From positions 1,907 through 65,906 of the forward strand of contig JAZDIV010000033.1 of NCBI GenBank assembly GCA_043804695.1: a DNA stretch of 64,000 nucleotides, in the 5' to 3' direction. Below the pieces are notes generated by a model, which made no database searches, was not told the DNA's origin, and saw only the letters and a program-made list of their open reading frames with translations. Of this stretch, positions 25,699 to 34,706 are shown one piece after another (position 1 is the stretch's first letter; each line of letters starts with the position of its first letter). The stretch comes from PVC group bacterium. GTDB taxonomy: Bacteria; Auribacterota; Erginobacteria; Erginobacterales; Erginobacteraceae. A program made the position numbers and the translations under genes.

Positions 25699-26334
25699 AT
25701 GCTCGAAACCGTCATCTCCCACCTGAACTCGGTGGACCCGTTCTGGATCTACGTCATCCTCATCTTCTTCTCCTTCATCGAGAATATCTTTCCCCCCTCT
25801 CCCAGCGACGTGGTGGTGATCGCGGGAGCATCGCTGATCGCCTCCACCACGATCAGCTTCATACCGGTGGTCGTCCTCACCGCCCTCGCCAGCGCGCTGG
25901 GTTTCATGGTGATGTACCTGATCGGAAAGTACCTGGGGGAGAAGATCGTGCGGACGGGGAAGCTCCGATTCATCTCTCCGGAGGCCTTGAAGAAGAGCGA
26001 GCGGTGGTTCGGCCGCTACGGCTACGCCTTCATCCTCGCCAACCGGTTTCTGCCGGGAACGAGGGCCGCGATCAGCTTCGTCTCCGGACTGCTGGAACTC
26101 CGTCCCGGCAGGACTTTTTTCTGCGCCCTGGCCAGCGCTCTCCTCTGGAACACGCTGATCATCTATGCCGGGATGGCGCTCGGCGACAACGTCGCCCTGA
26201 TCGACCGTTATCTCTCCGCCTACCGAAACGTCATCCTGCTGATCGCGGGGGCTGTTCTGGTGATTTTAATCGTCAGACACTTCATCATTCGACGGGGGAA
26301 AAACCGGTCGGACGTTCGCCGGGATAAAACGTAG
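25699..26334 (+). CDS. DedA-family (SNARE-associated) membrane protein
   Basis: FFSFIENIFPPSPSDVVVIAGASL signature. Multiple TM helices. Confidence 0.9.
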   Translation: MLETVISHLNSVDPFWIYVILIFFSFIENIFPPSPSDVVVIAGASLIASTTISFIPVVVLTALASALGFMVMYLIGKYLGEKIVRTGKLRFISPEALKKSERWFGRYGYAFILANRFLPGTRAAISFVSGLLELRPGRTFFCALASALLWNTLIIYAGMALGDNVALIDRYLSAYRNVILLIAGAVLVILIVRHFIIRRGKNRSDVRRDKT

Positions 26335-26357
26335 CTTCGCGAATGTCCGGGGAGCCG

Positions 26358-27488
26358 TTACTGCGCCGGGATATCCGGCGGGGACGGCCCGGTCTCTTTC
26401 CCGGCATAGAAGAGCATAAAATAATTATCCAGTTTTCCCCGGGAGCCTCTCAGGAGCTCAACCAGGTAATATCTTCCCGCCAGGCCCCCGTAATTCTCCG
26501 TGAACCGGCCGAAGAACACCGCCCCGCGGCCGTTGGCATCGATGATCAGTACCCGGATCGTTCGGGCGGCCGGGTCTTCATCTTCCACCGTGTACCCGGC
26601 GTCATATAATTTCCCTCCCATCACCTCCTTAAATCGGCCTTCTCCGGTAAAATAGATGTGCTGAAGGTTTTTTCCGCGAGACCGGGATCCCTCGAAGGAT
26701 GAGATGGTATTTTCCGATATCCAGTGACCGACCAGGGCCGCCGCGGGTGTCTGAACGGCCCTCTCCTTCCCCGGGACAACATCGGTCCGGAAGTAATAGC
26801 TCCACTCCCTGAGCTCGCCGCCCTCATCCTCATCCACCGGTTCCCGGTAAGTCCACTCCCCTGTCTCCAGGCCGTCGGCGAAATCTCCTTCGCACTTCAG
26901 CCGCCCGTCTTCATACCAGGACCGCCACCGGCCGTTTTCCCAGCCGTTCCGGTACTCCCCCTCCCGTCGTTTGCGGCCGTTCTCGTACCAGTAGGTCCAG
27001 GGGCCGTCCGGCTTCCCCCGGGCATACCTGCCCTCCTGCCGATTCTGTCCGTCCCGGTCATCGTACCGGTAGGTCCAGGGACCGTTTTCAACCCCGGCCT
27101 CGTACCAGCCCTCTTTCCAGTCCAGCCCGTTTTTATACCAGAACTTCCAGAAACCGGTCCGGCGACCGTATTCGTCAAACGAACCCTTCTTCTCCCGGAT
27201 CCCGTTATTGTACCAGTACGACCACTCCCCGACCCGGTCGCCGTCCCTGAACTCCCCTTCCATCATCTTCCGGCCGTTCCGATACCAGTAGGCCCAGGGG
27301 CCGACCTCCCGGTAATAATCATCACCCGGTTTCCCGGTCACCTCCACCCTCCCCAGCGCCCGCGGACGCCCGAGCCCCCACAGTCGAAGAGGGCAGTCGG
27401 CCGCCGCCGGGCGGCAGAAGTGACCCATCAAGCCCACCGTGCCGACAAGAATCATAAATGCAGAAATAAGTTTATTGAAGCGGTGCAT
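26358..27488 (-). CDS. secreted MORN-variant / YwqK-like repeat protein
   Basis: Tandem GxWxYWYxNGxxxxEGxY units (GPWAYWYRNGRKMMEGEF, GPWTYWYENGRKRREGEY, and others). Confidence 0.8.
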   Translation of the reverse strand: MHRFNKLISAFMILVGTVGLMGHFCRPAAADCPLRLWGLGRPRALGRVEVTGKPGDDYYREVGPWAYWYRNGRKMMEGEFRDGDRVGEWSYWYNNGIREKKGSFDEYGRRTGFWKFWYKNGLDWKEGWYEAGVENGPWTYRYDDRDGQNRQEGRYARGKPDGPWTYWYENGRKRREGEYRNGWENGRWRSWYEDGRLKCEGDFADGLETGEWTYREPVDEDEGGELREWSYYFRTDVVPGKERAVQTPAAALVGHWISENTISSFEGSRSRGKNLQHIYFTGEGRFKEVMGGKLYDAGYTVEDEDPAARTIRVLIIDANGRGAVFFGRFTENYGGLAGRYYLVELLRGSRGKLDNYFMLFYAGKETGPSPPDIPAQ

Positions 27489-28596
27489 AATTGCTTTCGC
27501 CCACGGTTATCCCTTCTTCGAAAAGAATCTCGATAAAAAGAATCAGCGAAGGGGTCGCGTTCTTCCAATATTCCTGAAAATGTTCATCGTCGCCGGGAAC
27601 CTCCCGCTTCCAGGTCAGGCGCGGGCCGAGACCGATCCGGAACCAGGGGCGCCAGATGGAACGATAATAGCGGAGGGTCAGCTGGTGCTGGTTGTCCTTG
27701 AAGGAGGGCCAGGTGTGGAAGTTGCTCTCCCACTCCAGGCTGACCGCGTAATTGGTGCCGTGGCGGATGTCGAAGTTCAGGTACTGCAGGTTGAATTCCT
27801 GGGAAAGGTCGATCCCGTTGCTGGTGTTCGAATATGTTGACTGGGTGTAACTCCGGGCCAGGAACCGGGAGCCGAGGTAGCGGTTAATCTCCAGTTTGGT
27901 CGTCTCACCCGGACCGTCATCGGTATAATAATACACGTACTGGATCGGCCGGAAGAGCCAGCGGCCGGTGACATGGGTGTACTGCAGACGGGGCTTGATA
28001 TAGACCGCCGGGGGAATCGTGAATTTCAGACCGAGGTTGGTGCTGAACTGCCAGTCTTTCGTCCGCGCGTGGCTGAAGCGCAGGCCGGCGGTGAAGTTGT
28101 TGTCGGAGTCATCATTCTCCCGGTCGAAATAATCCTGGTCGTCCTCATACTCGTCATCGGCGTCACGGCCGATAAAGACACCAAGCCGGTTCTCCAGAAG
28201 CGGAAGAGGAGCAAACACCCAGAAGCGGTTTTTGAATTCAAACTCCGGGCCTTCCTTCAGTTCGCCGCCCAGGCGGACCTGCAGCCACGGCTTATCGATC
28301 TCAGACTCCAGCGTGTCGGGATCCCCGAACCAGTTGTCAAACGAGAAAACCTGGCTGGCCATGAATGACGACATCCAGCCGTGGGTGACATCGATGAGCG
28401 TCTCTCCCGGGACGACGGCGCCCGGGGACGGGAACACCGCGGGAGTGGGTGAAGAGGCAGGAAGGGACGGCTCTCCCTGCGGCGCCTCGGGAGCGACCGT
28501 CGGGACCGGACCGGCCTCTCCCCCCCGGGTCGTAGTCCCCCCGATCATCAGGGCCGGCAGGACAAGAAAAATCATGATTTCCGCCGGGCGTCTCAT
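27472..28596 (-). CDS. hypothetical outer-membrane/secreted protein (beta-rich, acidic insert)
   Basis: Signal-like N-terminus, a Pro-rich linker, a FDNWFGDPD motif, and an aromatic-rich alternating sequence. The start is uncertain (28596 or 28575). Confidence 0.6.
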   Translation of the reverse strand: MRRPAEIMIFLVLPALMIGGTTTRGGEAGPVPTVAPEAPQGEPSLPASSPTPAVFPSPGAVVPGETLIDVTHGWMSSFMASQVFSFDNWFGDPDTLESEIDKPWLQVRLGGELKEGPEFEFKNRFWVFAPLPLLENRLGVFIGRDADDEYEDDQDYFDRENDDSDNNFTAGLRFSHARTKDWQFSTNLGLKFTIPPAVYIKPRLQYTHVTGRWLFRPIQYVYYYTDDGPGETTKLEINRYLGSRFLARSYTQSTYSNTSNGIDLSQEFNLQYLNFDIRHGTNYAVSLEWESNFHTWPSFKDNQHQLTLRYYRSIWRPWFRIGLGPRLTWKREVPGDDEHFQEYWKNATPSLILFIEILFEEGITVGESNYAPLQ

Positions 28597-28662
28597 TGTA
28601 TCATATTATCACATTACAATGATTCTTCACCCTCTTTAGAGAACAGATCCTCGAAGAGGACC

Positions 28663-29061
28663 TCAAGATAGAGGAAGAGCACGGGCGTCCTGCTCCAGCT
28701 TGGGGCTTCCGAAGTAGTTGTCGAACTTGTAGACCTCTTCCGCGACCAAATGGGAGATCGACCGGTGGACCTCGTCGACCGTGGTCTCCTGGGAGGAGCC
28801 GGGAACGGGGGTTGTCCAGCGCGGGGGGGTCGGGGTTATGACCCATACGGGAGTCAGGGTCGACGAGGGAGAGGGGACCGGCGTCCGGGTCGGCGCTGGT
28901 GAGAGAGTGGGGGAGGACACCGGGGGAGACGACAGCGTCCCGGGAGTCGGCATGGTCTCTATTGCAGCAAAGATCACTCCGGTTAAAAAAAGCGGGATGA
29001 GAGCAGTTAAAACCCCGGCTATCCGGGGAGGACGATTACTGAGGAGATTATAACATGCCAT
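28663..29061 (-). CDS. membrane-anchored Pro/Ser/Thr-rich protein; truncated paralogue of the N-terminus of 27472-28596
   Basis: HRSISHLVAEEVYKFDNYFGSPKLEQD parallels HGWMSSFMASQVFSFDNWFGDPDTLES in the downstream gene. It ends immediately after this shared motif. Confidence 0.45.
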   Translation of the reverse strand: MACYNLLSNRPPRIAGVLTALIPLFLTGVIFAAIETMPTPGTLSSPPVSSPTLSPAPTRTPVPSPSSTLTPVWVITPTPPRWTTPVPGSSQETTVDEVHRSISHLVAEEVYKFDNYFGSPKLEQDARALPLS

Positions 29062-29226
29062 GACACGGGCATCTGCTGTGCACTATAAAGTAGCGGGCCA
29101 ACTTGATGCTTCGGAATTTCAAAAACGGTAACGGCTGCCTCGCCGGGCGCACGTAACCCTAACCGGCAGACGAAACGGGCAGCGTCACCGTAACCGTAAC
29201 CACGTTGCGCCGAAGGCGCTAATTTA

Positions 29227-29688
29227 TTATTCCAGCAGACGGGGACAGATCGAAAAGAGCACCTGCCAGCTGCCATCTCCGTTCTGCTCCAGTCCGACGA
29301 CCTCCCCCGGTTTAAAACGGAAGATCTGGGATTCTTCGGGGCAGCCCAGGAGCAGATTGGCCAGGCGCGAGAGAAAGGGTAGATGGCCGACCAGGAGCAG
29401 ATCTTCTTCCCGGTCGATGATATCGGCGCGGACCGGGCCGACCGGATCAAGGGGGGCCAGGCCCGGTCTTTCCAGGAGGCGGGTGATCCCCGCCGCCTGG
29501 GCGATGATCTCGGCGGTCTCCCTGACCCGGGCTTTCTCGCTGTGCCAGATCTCGGGGATGGACAGACCGTTCTGTTCCAGGAAGCGGCCGATGACGGCGA
29601 CGTCAAGCCGGCCCCGCTTCGTCAGTCTCTGCTCCGGATCCTTCTTCATCGCCTGCGGTTCGCCGTGGCGGACAAGGTACAGTTTCAC
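29227..29688 (-). CDS. sixA: phosphohistidine phosphatase SixA
   Basis: MKLYLVRHGE (RHG motif) and the histidine-phosphatase-family layout, 153 aa. Confidence 0.85.
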   Translation of the reverse strand: MKLYLVRHGEPQAMKKDPEQRLTKRGRLDVAVIGRFLEQNGLSIPEIWHSEKARVRETAEIIAQAAGITRLLERPGLAPLDPVGPVRADIIDREEDLLLVGHLPFLSRLANLLLGCPEESQIFRFKPGEVVGLEQNGDGSWQVLFSICPRLLE

Positions 29689-29971
29689 GCTCTCCCTCCT
29701 TCAAGGTCAAGAGAAACTCCCGACACCGCCGATACCTCCGGACCCCCGCTATCCCGGCCAGGAGCGCCAGGGGGAGGAAAAAACATCCGGTGATTATCAG
29801 AACGGTGTTCTGAAAAAACTTAATAAAAGACACCCCGACCACGAACAGGGTCAGCGACAGCCGCAGATAGGCCAGCAGCGTCCGCTCGTTGGCGAGGATG
29901 GTCCGATCGGCGGCCAGGTGGTCCCTGACATCGGCCAGGCTGAAATGTCTGATCTTCCCGTGCTCTTCCAT
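29603..29971 (-). CDS. DUF202 (YidH-like) membrane protein
   Basis: DHLAADRTILANERTLLAYLRLSL signature plus TM helices. The 3' tail overlaps the sixA start by 86 nt. Confidence 0.6.
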   Translation of the reverse strand: MEEHGKIRHFSLADVRDHLAADRTILANERTLLAYLRLSLTLFVVGVSFIKFFQNTVLIITGCFFLPLALLAGIAGVRRYRRCREFLLTLKEGERETVPCPPRRTAGDEEGSGAETDEAGPA

Positions 29972-29988
29972 CGCGCGCCTTCTGTCAG

Positions 29989-30033
29989 CCCGGATTATTC
30001 ATGAAAATTAAAAATGTTCATGAATAATCCAGG
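29989..30033. repeat. palindromic intergenic element, ATTCATGAA family (copy d)
   Basis: cccggattattcatgaaaattaaaaatgttcatgaataatccagg. Confidence 0.8.
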
Positions 30034-30071
30034 TAATCGCTTATCGTTCCCTGTATTAGGAATACATCGGG

Positions 30072-30776
30072 TTACCACGCGAAAAAATCGTAGAGTGTCT
30101 CCACCCGGTCCGCGTAGAGGTCGATCGACTCTTTCAGCTCCTGTCGGGCGGCGGGACATCCCAGGCCGAACGCGGCCCCGATCGAGATCACTTCATCGAT
30201 ATGATCTTTCGGGTTGTCGCCGATGGTGATCACGTCCGGGAAAGACCGGCCATACTGATCGAGGATGTAGCGGATCGCCTCCGGCTTCTTCCCCTCGATC
30301 ACCCCGTCCTTCTGCAGCCGGGTCATGCTGAAATACCCGTCCACCGGTATCCGGTAGTTTGTCAGCCACTTCCCATCCCCTTCGCTGACCGTGAGAATGA
30401 TAATCAGGCTCCCCGCCGCCTTCAGTTTCCGGATAAAATCATCCATCCCCGGGATCAGGAGGTTGAACCGGTCGTGCTGGTTATTGTTCAGGTAGTACTG
30501 CCAGCTGACTTCGCCCACCTGTATCAGCTGCCCTTCGTTCAAGCCGGGGTAATACACCTCGTAAACGCCGGTCCGATGAAAGGGATGGTATTCCCGAGTG
30601 TACTTCTCTTTGCTCAGCTTGGCCGCGGGGGGATAGACTTGCGATATCACCTTGTCAAACGCCTCCTCGAAACAGCCGTAGGCGATCTCCCGGCTGGAAA
30701 TGATCGTGGCGTCCCGGTCCAGGATGACCAGCCGGTCCCGGGACGGCAGGGGCAGTGAAAGGTCTTTTCTTCTCAT
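30072..30776 (-). CDS. HAD-superfamily hydrolase
   Basis: Motif I VILDRDAT. Motif IV-like ITIGDNPKDH. No SD sequence; preceded by the conserved TATAAATTAGCTCGCT leader. Confidence 0.7.
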   Translation of the reverse strand: MRRKDLSLPLPSRDRLVILDRDATIISSREIAYGCFEEAFDKVISQVYPPAAKLSKEKYTREYHPFHRTGVYEVYYPGLNEGQLIQVGEVSWQYYLNNNQHDRFNLLIPGMDDFIRKLKAAGSLIIILTVSEGDGKWLTNYRIPVDGYFSMTRLQKDGVIEGKKPEAIRYILDQYGRSFPDVITIGDNPKDHIDEVISIGAAFGLGCPAARQELKESIDLYADRVETLYDFFAW

Positions 30777-30841
30777 AATATAAATTAGCTCGCTGCGCTC
30801 GCAAATTTATAATGGCCCCCCGACTGATTTAGTCGGGGGGG
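30777..30841 (-). promoter_or_regulatory. conserved TATAAA..AGCTCGCT..TTTATA leader plus a 10-bp G/C hairpin
   Basis: tataaattagctcgctgcgctcgcaaatttata, then ccccccgact-gattt-agtcgggggg. Related leaders are at 61291-61371 and 16219-16245. Confidence 0.55.
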
Positions 30842-31070
30842 CTATAGCTTGAACAAAAATGGTTCCATCGAGGCTATCTCACAAAAAGCCTCTTCCCACT
30901 TCCAGCCGACACCACATTGCCGACTTATAACTCATTGGCTGGCTATACTGTATAACTATTATTTTTTCGTAGAAAAATAATATTAAAACAGCGAGTCAGC
31001 GCCTCCGGCGTTATTGTTTAGTTATACCGGGGTAATGTCAAACAATTAATACCACGGTGTCCGGCCTGGA

Positions 31071-31934
31071 TCAGCCCTGTTCAATATGCAGCGCCACCGG
31101 CGACCGCCACCCGGTATCGAAACCCAGCTCCTCCAGGAGGGCGATCCCTTCCTTGATCCCCTGCCCGGCCGTCGCCGCGCAGTGGGAGTCATCCCCGGGG
31201 ACAACGTCGATCCCCTTTTCGCGGGCCGCCTCCAGGATAGGCCGGCACGGGTATGGCTCGCCGCCTTCCGGCAGCTCCCGGCAGTCGCAGTCCAGGATCA
31301 ACCCCAGTTCTCCGATCCGATCCAGGTTGCGGCGGAGACGGCTCCCGATGGCGGGCCGGCCCAGTCGTCCGCGGTAGTCGGGGTCAAAAATCCTGATCAG
31401 GTCGAGATGCCCCACCACCGCCGGGCGGAGGGCGTTGATCATCTCGAACTGCAGATCGAAATACCGGCAGTAAAGGCCGTCGAGGCCGCCCGCGCGGACG
31501 GCGGCTTCCCCGTACCTCTCCGGTGAGTAGTCAAAGGGTATCTCCCCGACATGATGAACGGAGCCGACGATGTAATCGGGCCGGAACGTCTTCACCAGGC
31601 CGCGAACGGCCATCCGGTACCCGCTGAAACTCTCCGTCTCGAACCCCAGGTAGATGGTCAGGGAGGAGGCGTACTTCTTGCGGAGTTCGCGCCCGACCAT
31701 CATGTAGCGGGCGAAACGGCGGTAGACGGCGGCGGCATCGAGGCCGGCGGCGATCTCCTCCGGGAAGAGATACCGGTCGCTGACGGGGGGCATGTGCTCC
31801 GTGATTCCGACCCGCCGGAAACCCCGTTCAATATACGCCCGGACCGTCTCCTCCAGGGTGCCCTCGGCATGGCTGCAGAACACGCCGCTGTGGCCGCCAT
31901 GGAGGGAAATGAGTTCAGGTTTTGCGATCGGCAT
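31071..31934 (-). CDS. hisK: histidinol-phosphatase, PHP family
   Basis: ISLHGGHSGVFCSHAEGTLEE...GITEHMP metal ligands. HisJ/HisK-type length. Confidence 0.85.
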   Translation of the reverse strand: MPIAKPELISLHGGHSGVFCSHAEGTLEETVRAYIERGFRRVGITEHMPPVSDRYLFPEEIAAGLDAAAVYRRFARYMMVGRELRKKYASSLTIYLGFETESFSGYRMAVRGLVKTFRPDYIVGSVHHVGEIPFDYSPERYGEAAVRAGGLDGLYCRYFDLQFEMINALRPAVVGHLDLIRIFDPDYRGRLGRPAIGSRLRRNLDRIGELGLILDCDCRELPEGGEPYPCRPILEAAREKGIDVVPGDDSHCAATAGQGIKEGIALLEELGFDTGWRSPVALHIEQG

Positions 31935-32154
31935 CGCGCGCGCCAGCTATAAAAGCGGAGTTTGTCCACCTTCCCACGTTTAATTCGTTGATTATCATCA
32001 TATTATTTTCCCGCAGGGAAAATAATTTTACCACTTGCCCTGAAGGGTGTATGCCAGATGCAAGACAAAATACCCTTGTCCTTACTTCCTGGCGAGAGAA
32101 AAGGCGTCGGTCCGGAGCCGGTTGTTCCGCCGATCCCCGGGGCCCGGGCATGGT

Positions 32155-32730
32155 TCAAAACTCACCAGATGTAGTCATAAATCGGGTTAAAGGGAAATAC
32201 CCGATATGGATGGCGACCCGACTGTCTTTTTCGGTCAGCTGGAGATAGATCCGGGTGCGGCCGGACGTCCAGACGGTCAACGGGCCCATCGCCTTCCGGA
32301 GCACCAGCTGATACCGGTCCCCCGGGTCGGCGGGGTCGAGATCGCCGACGGCCTCCTCTTTCAGGTTCAGCTCCTCCTCCGCCGGTTCCCCGTACTCCTT
32401 GAGCAGGTACGCCCGGATCCCTTCATAATCATCCATCACCGCGTCCTGCCCCGGCGGCTCGACCGTGCAGATGCCCCGGGCCAGCTTACCCTGGTCGAAG
32501 AGATAAAAGATCGAGGCCCGGACCCCGGCGATATCCCCCTCGTAGAGAAGAAGCTCCGGCATCTCTCCGCTCTGCCGGGCCTCCGTCTCCGTCTTCTTAA
32601 CCTCGTCCGGGGACATCCCCCAGCGGGCCTGCCGGAAGTCGGGAGGGCCGGTTTCTTCTTCAGCCCCGGCCGGTACGCTAATCAATAAAGCAATGACAAT
32701 CACGCTTGCCGCACATAGTGCCTTCATCAT
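32155..32730 (-). CDS. secreted hypothetical protein
   Basis: AGGAGA RBS before ATG 32730. Signal peptide MMKALCAASVIVIALLISVPAGA. Confidence 0.6.
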   Translation of the reverse strand: MMKALCAASVIVIALLISVPAGAEEETGPPDFRQARWGMSPDEVKKTETEARQSGEMPELLLYEGDIAGVRASIFYLFDQGKLARGICTVEPPGQDAVMDDYEGIRAYLLKEYGEPAEEELNLKEEAVGDLDPADPGDRYQLVLRKAMGPLTVWTSGRTRIYLQLTEKDSRVAIHIGYFPLTRFMTTSGEF

Positions 32731-32785
32731 TATTCTCCTGGTCTGATTGTTTTTCACTCTATTTTATAGGTTTTATTCAAAACTA

Positions 32786-32809
32786 ACCCGATTTATGCAT
32801 AAATCGGGT
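32786..32809. repeat. short palindrome acccgatttatgcataaatcgggt
   Basis: Perfect 10-bp arms. It overlaps the stop codon of the upstream (minus-strand) gene. Confidence 0.6.
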
Positions 32810-34611
32810 CAGCGCGTCACCGGGATGTCGCCGGCGGACCCGAAATACAGCCGGGTGACGCCCCGGATCGCCCACAGCCCGGAAGCAGCCCGGAAGATAC
32901 CGATCTCCTGATTGCCGTTCCCGGAGTACCCGGCGGGGACCGGACGGTCGTTCCCGCTCCCGAAGTAGGCCCGGGTTATCCCACGGATCGCCCATAGACC
33001 CCCCGCCCCGGCGGGGCGGAAGATACCCGCCTCGGCCGTCCCGTCGCCGTCAAAATCCCCCGGAACCGGCTGACCGCTCCCGAAATAGAACCGGCTGATG
33101 CCCCGGACCGCCCAGAGACCGTTGGCGGAGCGGAAGACGGCGAGATCGAAAGCTCCGTCCCCATTGTAATCTTCCGGGACCGCCGTGTCGAGGGACGACC
33201 CGAAATAGGCCCGGGTTATCCCCCGGGCCGTCCAGAGCCCTCCTGAAGACCGGAAGATCGCGATGTCGGCGCCCCCGGCGCCGTCGTAGTCGCCGGGCAC
33301 CGGCTGGTCGCCCGGTCTCCCGAAGTAGGCTCGGGTCAGACCCCTCACCGCCCAGAGACCGGCGGAGGAACGAAAGACCGCAATCTCGGCGCTCCCGTTG
33401 CCGTCATAATCGCCGGGAGCGGTGGTGGTGCCGGAGTCGCCGAAGTAGGACCGGGTCACCCCCCGGACCGCCCAGAGGCCGGTCTCCCCCCGGAAGATAG
33501 CGATGTCGGCGGTGCCGTCGCCGTCGTAGTCCCCTCCGGCCAGGACCGGAGGAGCTTCCGGGCGCCCCCGGTAGTAGTCGGAAGCGATGCCGGCGGTGTA
33601 CGCGGTCCAGGCGGCGGGGGACGAGTTGATCCGAAGGTCCGACCAGCTCCCGTCGTCATTCTCCCACCGCTCGGAGTAGACGACCGCGACCCGGACCCGG
33701 GGATAAACGGACGGCAGGGAGGCCAGCGCCCCCGTATACCAGGCCGCCTTGTCCCCCTTCAGCGGGTACTCCCCCACCCCCCATTCGGCCAGGATCAGCG
33801 GTTTCTCGGCGGAAAGAGCACAGATCGCGCTGTACGCCGGCGTCATCAGGGCTTCGAAACTCTCCCAGTCCTCATCGGCATACTGGACCCCGTAAACGCT
33901 GAAGCCGAGCCAGTCGACATAGCCGTCCCCGGGGTAGTAGGCGGCGATCGAGTTCCAGGGCTCATCAGGAAACGACTCGTGGTTGGCGTGAAAATACCAG
34001 GTGACATTGTCCGCCCCCCGGGTCCGGAAAAGATCGACGATGTGGCGGAAGGCGTCGACGAACCGTTCCGGCCCGTCGGCTTTCGTTGGGTCGCCGTAAC
34101 CGGTGGCGGCGGCGCCGCCCTGATAGGTCCCGGACCAGGGGAACCAGTCGCCGTTCATCTCCACCCCGAAGTTGACCATCACCGGCCTCCCGAAGGCCTT
34201 CACCCGATCGGCCCAGGCGGAGAGAAAAACATCAAAGTCCCCGTCAATGATCTTCTGGAGCGAATAGGCCGGCTGATATCCTTCCGTCCAGTAGGGCTCC
34301 CCCCAGGGCATCAGCCGGAGCATCGGTACCGCCCCGTACCGCCCCATCGCCTCCAGCTGCTCCCCGGAGACCGTCTGCTCCCCCCAGAAGACCGAGAAGG
34401 GGGAGAAGGCGACCGCCTTCCCGGTCAGCTGCTCGAGATTCTCCAATTCCCCCGCGGTAACATCGTCCTCGTGTTCGCCCCAGCCCGGGAAGACCCCGGT
34501 GTAGCAGCCGTACCCGGGCGGGAGGACCGCCCCCCGGGCGCCGGGCGCGCCGGGGGGAGAAAAGACGGCGAACCCTGCCGCCAGCATAATGGCTGTGAGT
34601 TTCTTGCCCAT
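32809..34611 (-). CDS. secreted GH26-like glycoside hydrolase fused to six GDYDGDG/GLWAVRG repeat units
   Basis: GGGGGAGG RBS before ATG 34611. Signal peptide. VMVNFGVEMNGDWFPWSG and LAEWGVGEY segments are GH26/mannanase-like. Six ~40-aa repeats end in GDIPVTR-stop. Confidence 0.85.
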   Translation of the reverse strand: MGKKLTAIMLAAGFAVFSPPGAPGARGAVLPPGYGCYTGVFPGWGEHEDDVTAGELENLEQLTGKAVAFSPFSVFWGEQTVSGEQLEAMGRYGAVPMLRLMPWGEPYWTEGYQPAYSLQKIIDGDFDVFLSAWADRVKAFGRPVMVNFGVEMNGDWFPWSGTYQGGAAATGYGDPTKADGPERFVDAFRHIVDLFRTRGADNVTWYFHANHESFPDEPWNSIAAYYPGDGYVDWLGFSVYGVQYADEDWESFEALMTPAYSAICALSAEKPLILAEWGVGEYPLKGDKAAWYTGALASLPSVYPRVRVAVVYSERWENDDGSWSDLRINSSPAAWTAYTAGIASDYYRGRPEAPPVLAGGDYDGDGTADIAIFRGETGLWAVRGVTRSYFGDSGTTTAPGDYDGNGSAEIAVFRSSAGLWAVRGLTRAYFGRPGDQPVPGDYDGAGGADIAIFRSSGGLWTARGITRAYFGSSLDTAVPEDYNGDGAFDLAVFRSANGLWAVRGISRFYFGSGQPVPGDFDGDGTAEAGIFRPAGAGGLWAIRGITRAYFGSGNDRPVPAGYSGNGNQEIGIFRAASGLWAIRGVTRLYFGSAGDIPVTR

Positions 34612-34706
34612 GTCTTCTGCCTCCCCCATTGCAAACATACCATATTGCATCCCGGAGGGGATACTCACCGGGCGATGAGGAGCGCCATGATCCATCCGTC
34701 AACAGC

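Noticed and set aside
29603-29688. The 86-nt overlap of DUF202 and sixA as evidence of a frameshifted fusion
   Set aside because: Both proteins look complete in their own frames. The DUF202 tail beyond the second TM is probably just a late stop. I cannot resolve this without homologue alignment.
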